Virus record (IMG/VR): IMGVR_UViG_3300046131_000022
Location: 9,146 to 73,145 of that record
From: a virus
Lineage: Duplodnaviria > Caudoviricetes
Length of the DNA: 64,000 bases
Direction: 5' to 3' (one strand)
Positions 62,947 to 64,000 of the stretch are shown here, in pieces. Position 1 is the stretch's first letter. Each line of letters opens with the position of its first letter. The translations under genes and the position numbers were made by a program. The notes beneath the pieces were generated by a model. It searched no databases and was not told the origin of the DNA. It saw only the letters and a list, made by a program, of their open reading frames with translations.

Positions 62947-64000
62947 TTAAACAATTTTAAAGTAGCTAGGATCTAAACCCATAGATAAATGCGCTGGTTG
63001 ACCATCTTCGCCACCTTCACTACCTGCACCTTTACCTTGATCACCACCGCCGTTTTTTAGCACAGCAATTTGAGCTTCAAGCGTTGTGATTTTTTCATTT
63101 GCTGTAGCTAATTCTGCGTCAGAAGTAGCTTTTGCATCTTCGGCAGCCGTTTTTGCTTGTTCAGCAGCTAATTTTGCTTGTTCAGCAGCTTCTTTTTCAG
63201 CATTTGCAGCAGATAAGGCTGCGTCTAATTGGTCTGCTTTGCCTTGAGCCAGTACAAGTGTATTATATTCGTTACGTGGAACTGTAATATCAGTCATGTT
63301 TTTATTCCCATCTGTTGATTTTTGTGGTGTTGACCCATTAAATTCAGGACCATTTTCACCTTCAAATAAAGTAACTAGCAGAAGTTTATCATCATATCCG
63401 TGGGCTGCCAAACTAATTTGACTTGTTTGATTAGCTAAACGTAGTTCTTTTTCGCTCAAAATATGCGCTCTGGTTACTGCTCCACGAGTTACCGCACTTG
63501 TTTCACGCCATGAACCTAGTTTAGCCATTTTTAGGTGGTTGCCACCGACACCCCATTGGTGTCCTTCTGAACATAAAGGTGTATAACTTTTACCTGCCCA
63601 AAGTCTTCTGCGATTATCTTCACTGGCTAAAAAATCATAACCACAAGATGAACACTGTAAACTTGCAGGGGATGTTCCTGTGGATATTTCAGCAATTGTT
63701 CCACTGCTTAGTTTATCAATTAACTTAGTTTCACTTTTGTCTATGTAAAACAAAATGTGCAAGTCTTGATTTTCTTGTGTGTCGTCGGTGTCAAAAGTAG
63801 CTGCGTCAAAAATTCGTCCTACAGGTAATCTATAGTGTTGATCATGTAATTCAATAATCGGAACATAATCACCATTAAGGACTTTCTCAACCATTCCGCT
63901 TAAATATGCTGGGGTCATTCTGGCATCTTTATATATTCCACCTGCATTTTTAATTGGTAAAGTATCATTAGCCAAACCTTCAAAAACAGCCAATTGTGTT
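62947..64000 (-). CDS. Prohead protease-scaffold fusion, 5' end outside window
   Basis: LHD...LPVGRIF, ISTG, E.SAV..GAV..A protease motifs; Ala/Glu coiled-coil C-terminus; frame stays open to the window edge. Confidence 0.65.
   Translation of the reverse strand, partial: TQLAVFEGLANDTLPIKNAGGIYKDARMTPAYLSGMVEKVLNGDYVPIIELHDQHYRLPVGRIFDAATFDTDDTQENQDLHILFYIDKSETKLIDKLSSGTIAEISTGTSPASLQCSSCGYDFLASEDNRRRLWAGKSYTPLCSEGHQWGVGGNHLKMAKLGSWRETSAVTRGAVTRAHILSEKELRLANQTSQISLAAHGYDDKLLLVTLFEGENGPEFNGSTPQKSTDGNKNMTDITVPRNEYNTLVLAQGKADQLDAALSAANAEKEAAEQAKLAAEQAKTAAEDAKATSDAELATANEKITTLEAQIAVLKNGGGDQGKGAGSEGGEDGQPAHLSMGLDPSYFKIV

Noticed and set aside
1-64000. Integrase, repressor or DNA-modification cluster (PurZ, queuosine, methyltransferase)
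   Set aside because: None recognised in this window; they could lie in the unseen part of the genome.

Overview
A 64-kb segment of an AT-rich, apparently lytic dsDNA phage with a lambda-type non-contractile tail. The host is a gammaproteobacterium, most plausibly Acinetobacter (inferred from composition, sigma70 promoters and tail-protein motifs; not proven). Plus strand, 1-43.7 kb: two small genes, a gene-free repeat/AT-rich origin-like block (1.0-2.0 kb), about 30 small early ORFs, RNase H, a YfdP/YfdQ(DUF2303)-like pair, SF2 helicase, 5'-3' exonuclease, an orphan 1121-aa tailspike-like protein, a lysis cassette, a 1.4-kb non-coding operon (3 tRNAs, 2 tRNA-like elements, several large structured RNAs), family A DNA polymerase, resolvase, exonuclease, GroES, SbcCD, MazG-like pyrophosphohydrolase, ThyX and class Ia RNR. 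Minus strand, 43.7-64 kb: tail tip (J/I/K/L/Dit), 2048-aa tape measure with a lytic transglycosylase domain, tail chaperones, major tail, head-tail joining, capsid and protease (cut by the window edge). Terminase, portal and primase are not in the window. Most notable: (1) the promoter-to-terminator ncRNA operon at 27.96-29.35 kb, whose long-helix RNA modules exactly fill the spaces between tRNAs and include tRNA mimics; (2) an Acb2 anti-CBASS sponge gene inside the tail operon between two identical 45-bp promoter/terminator/RBS repeats; (3) a recurring design in which a -10 element overlaps a hairpin that hides the ribosome-binding site of tailspike and lysis genes. All calls were made by eye, without database searches or folding software.
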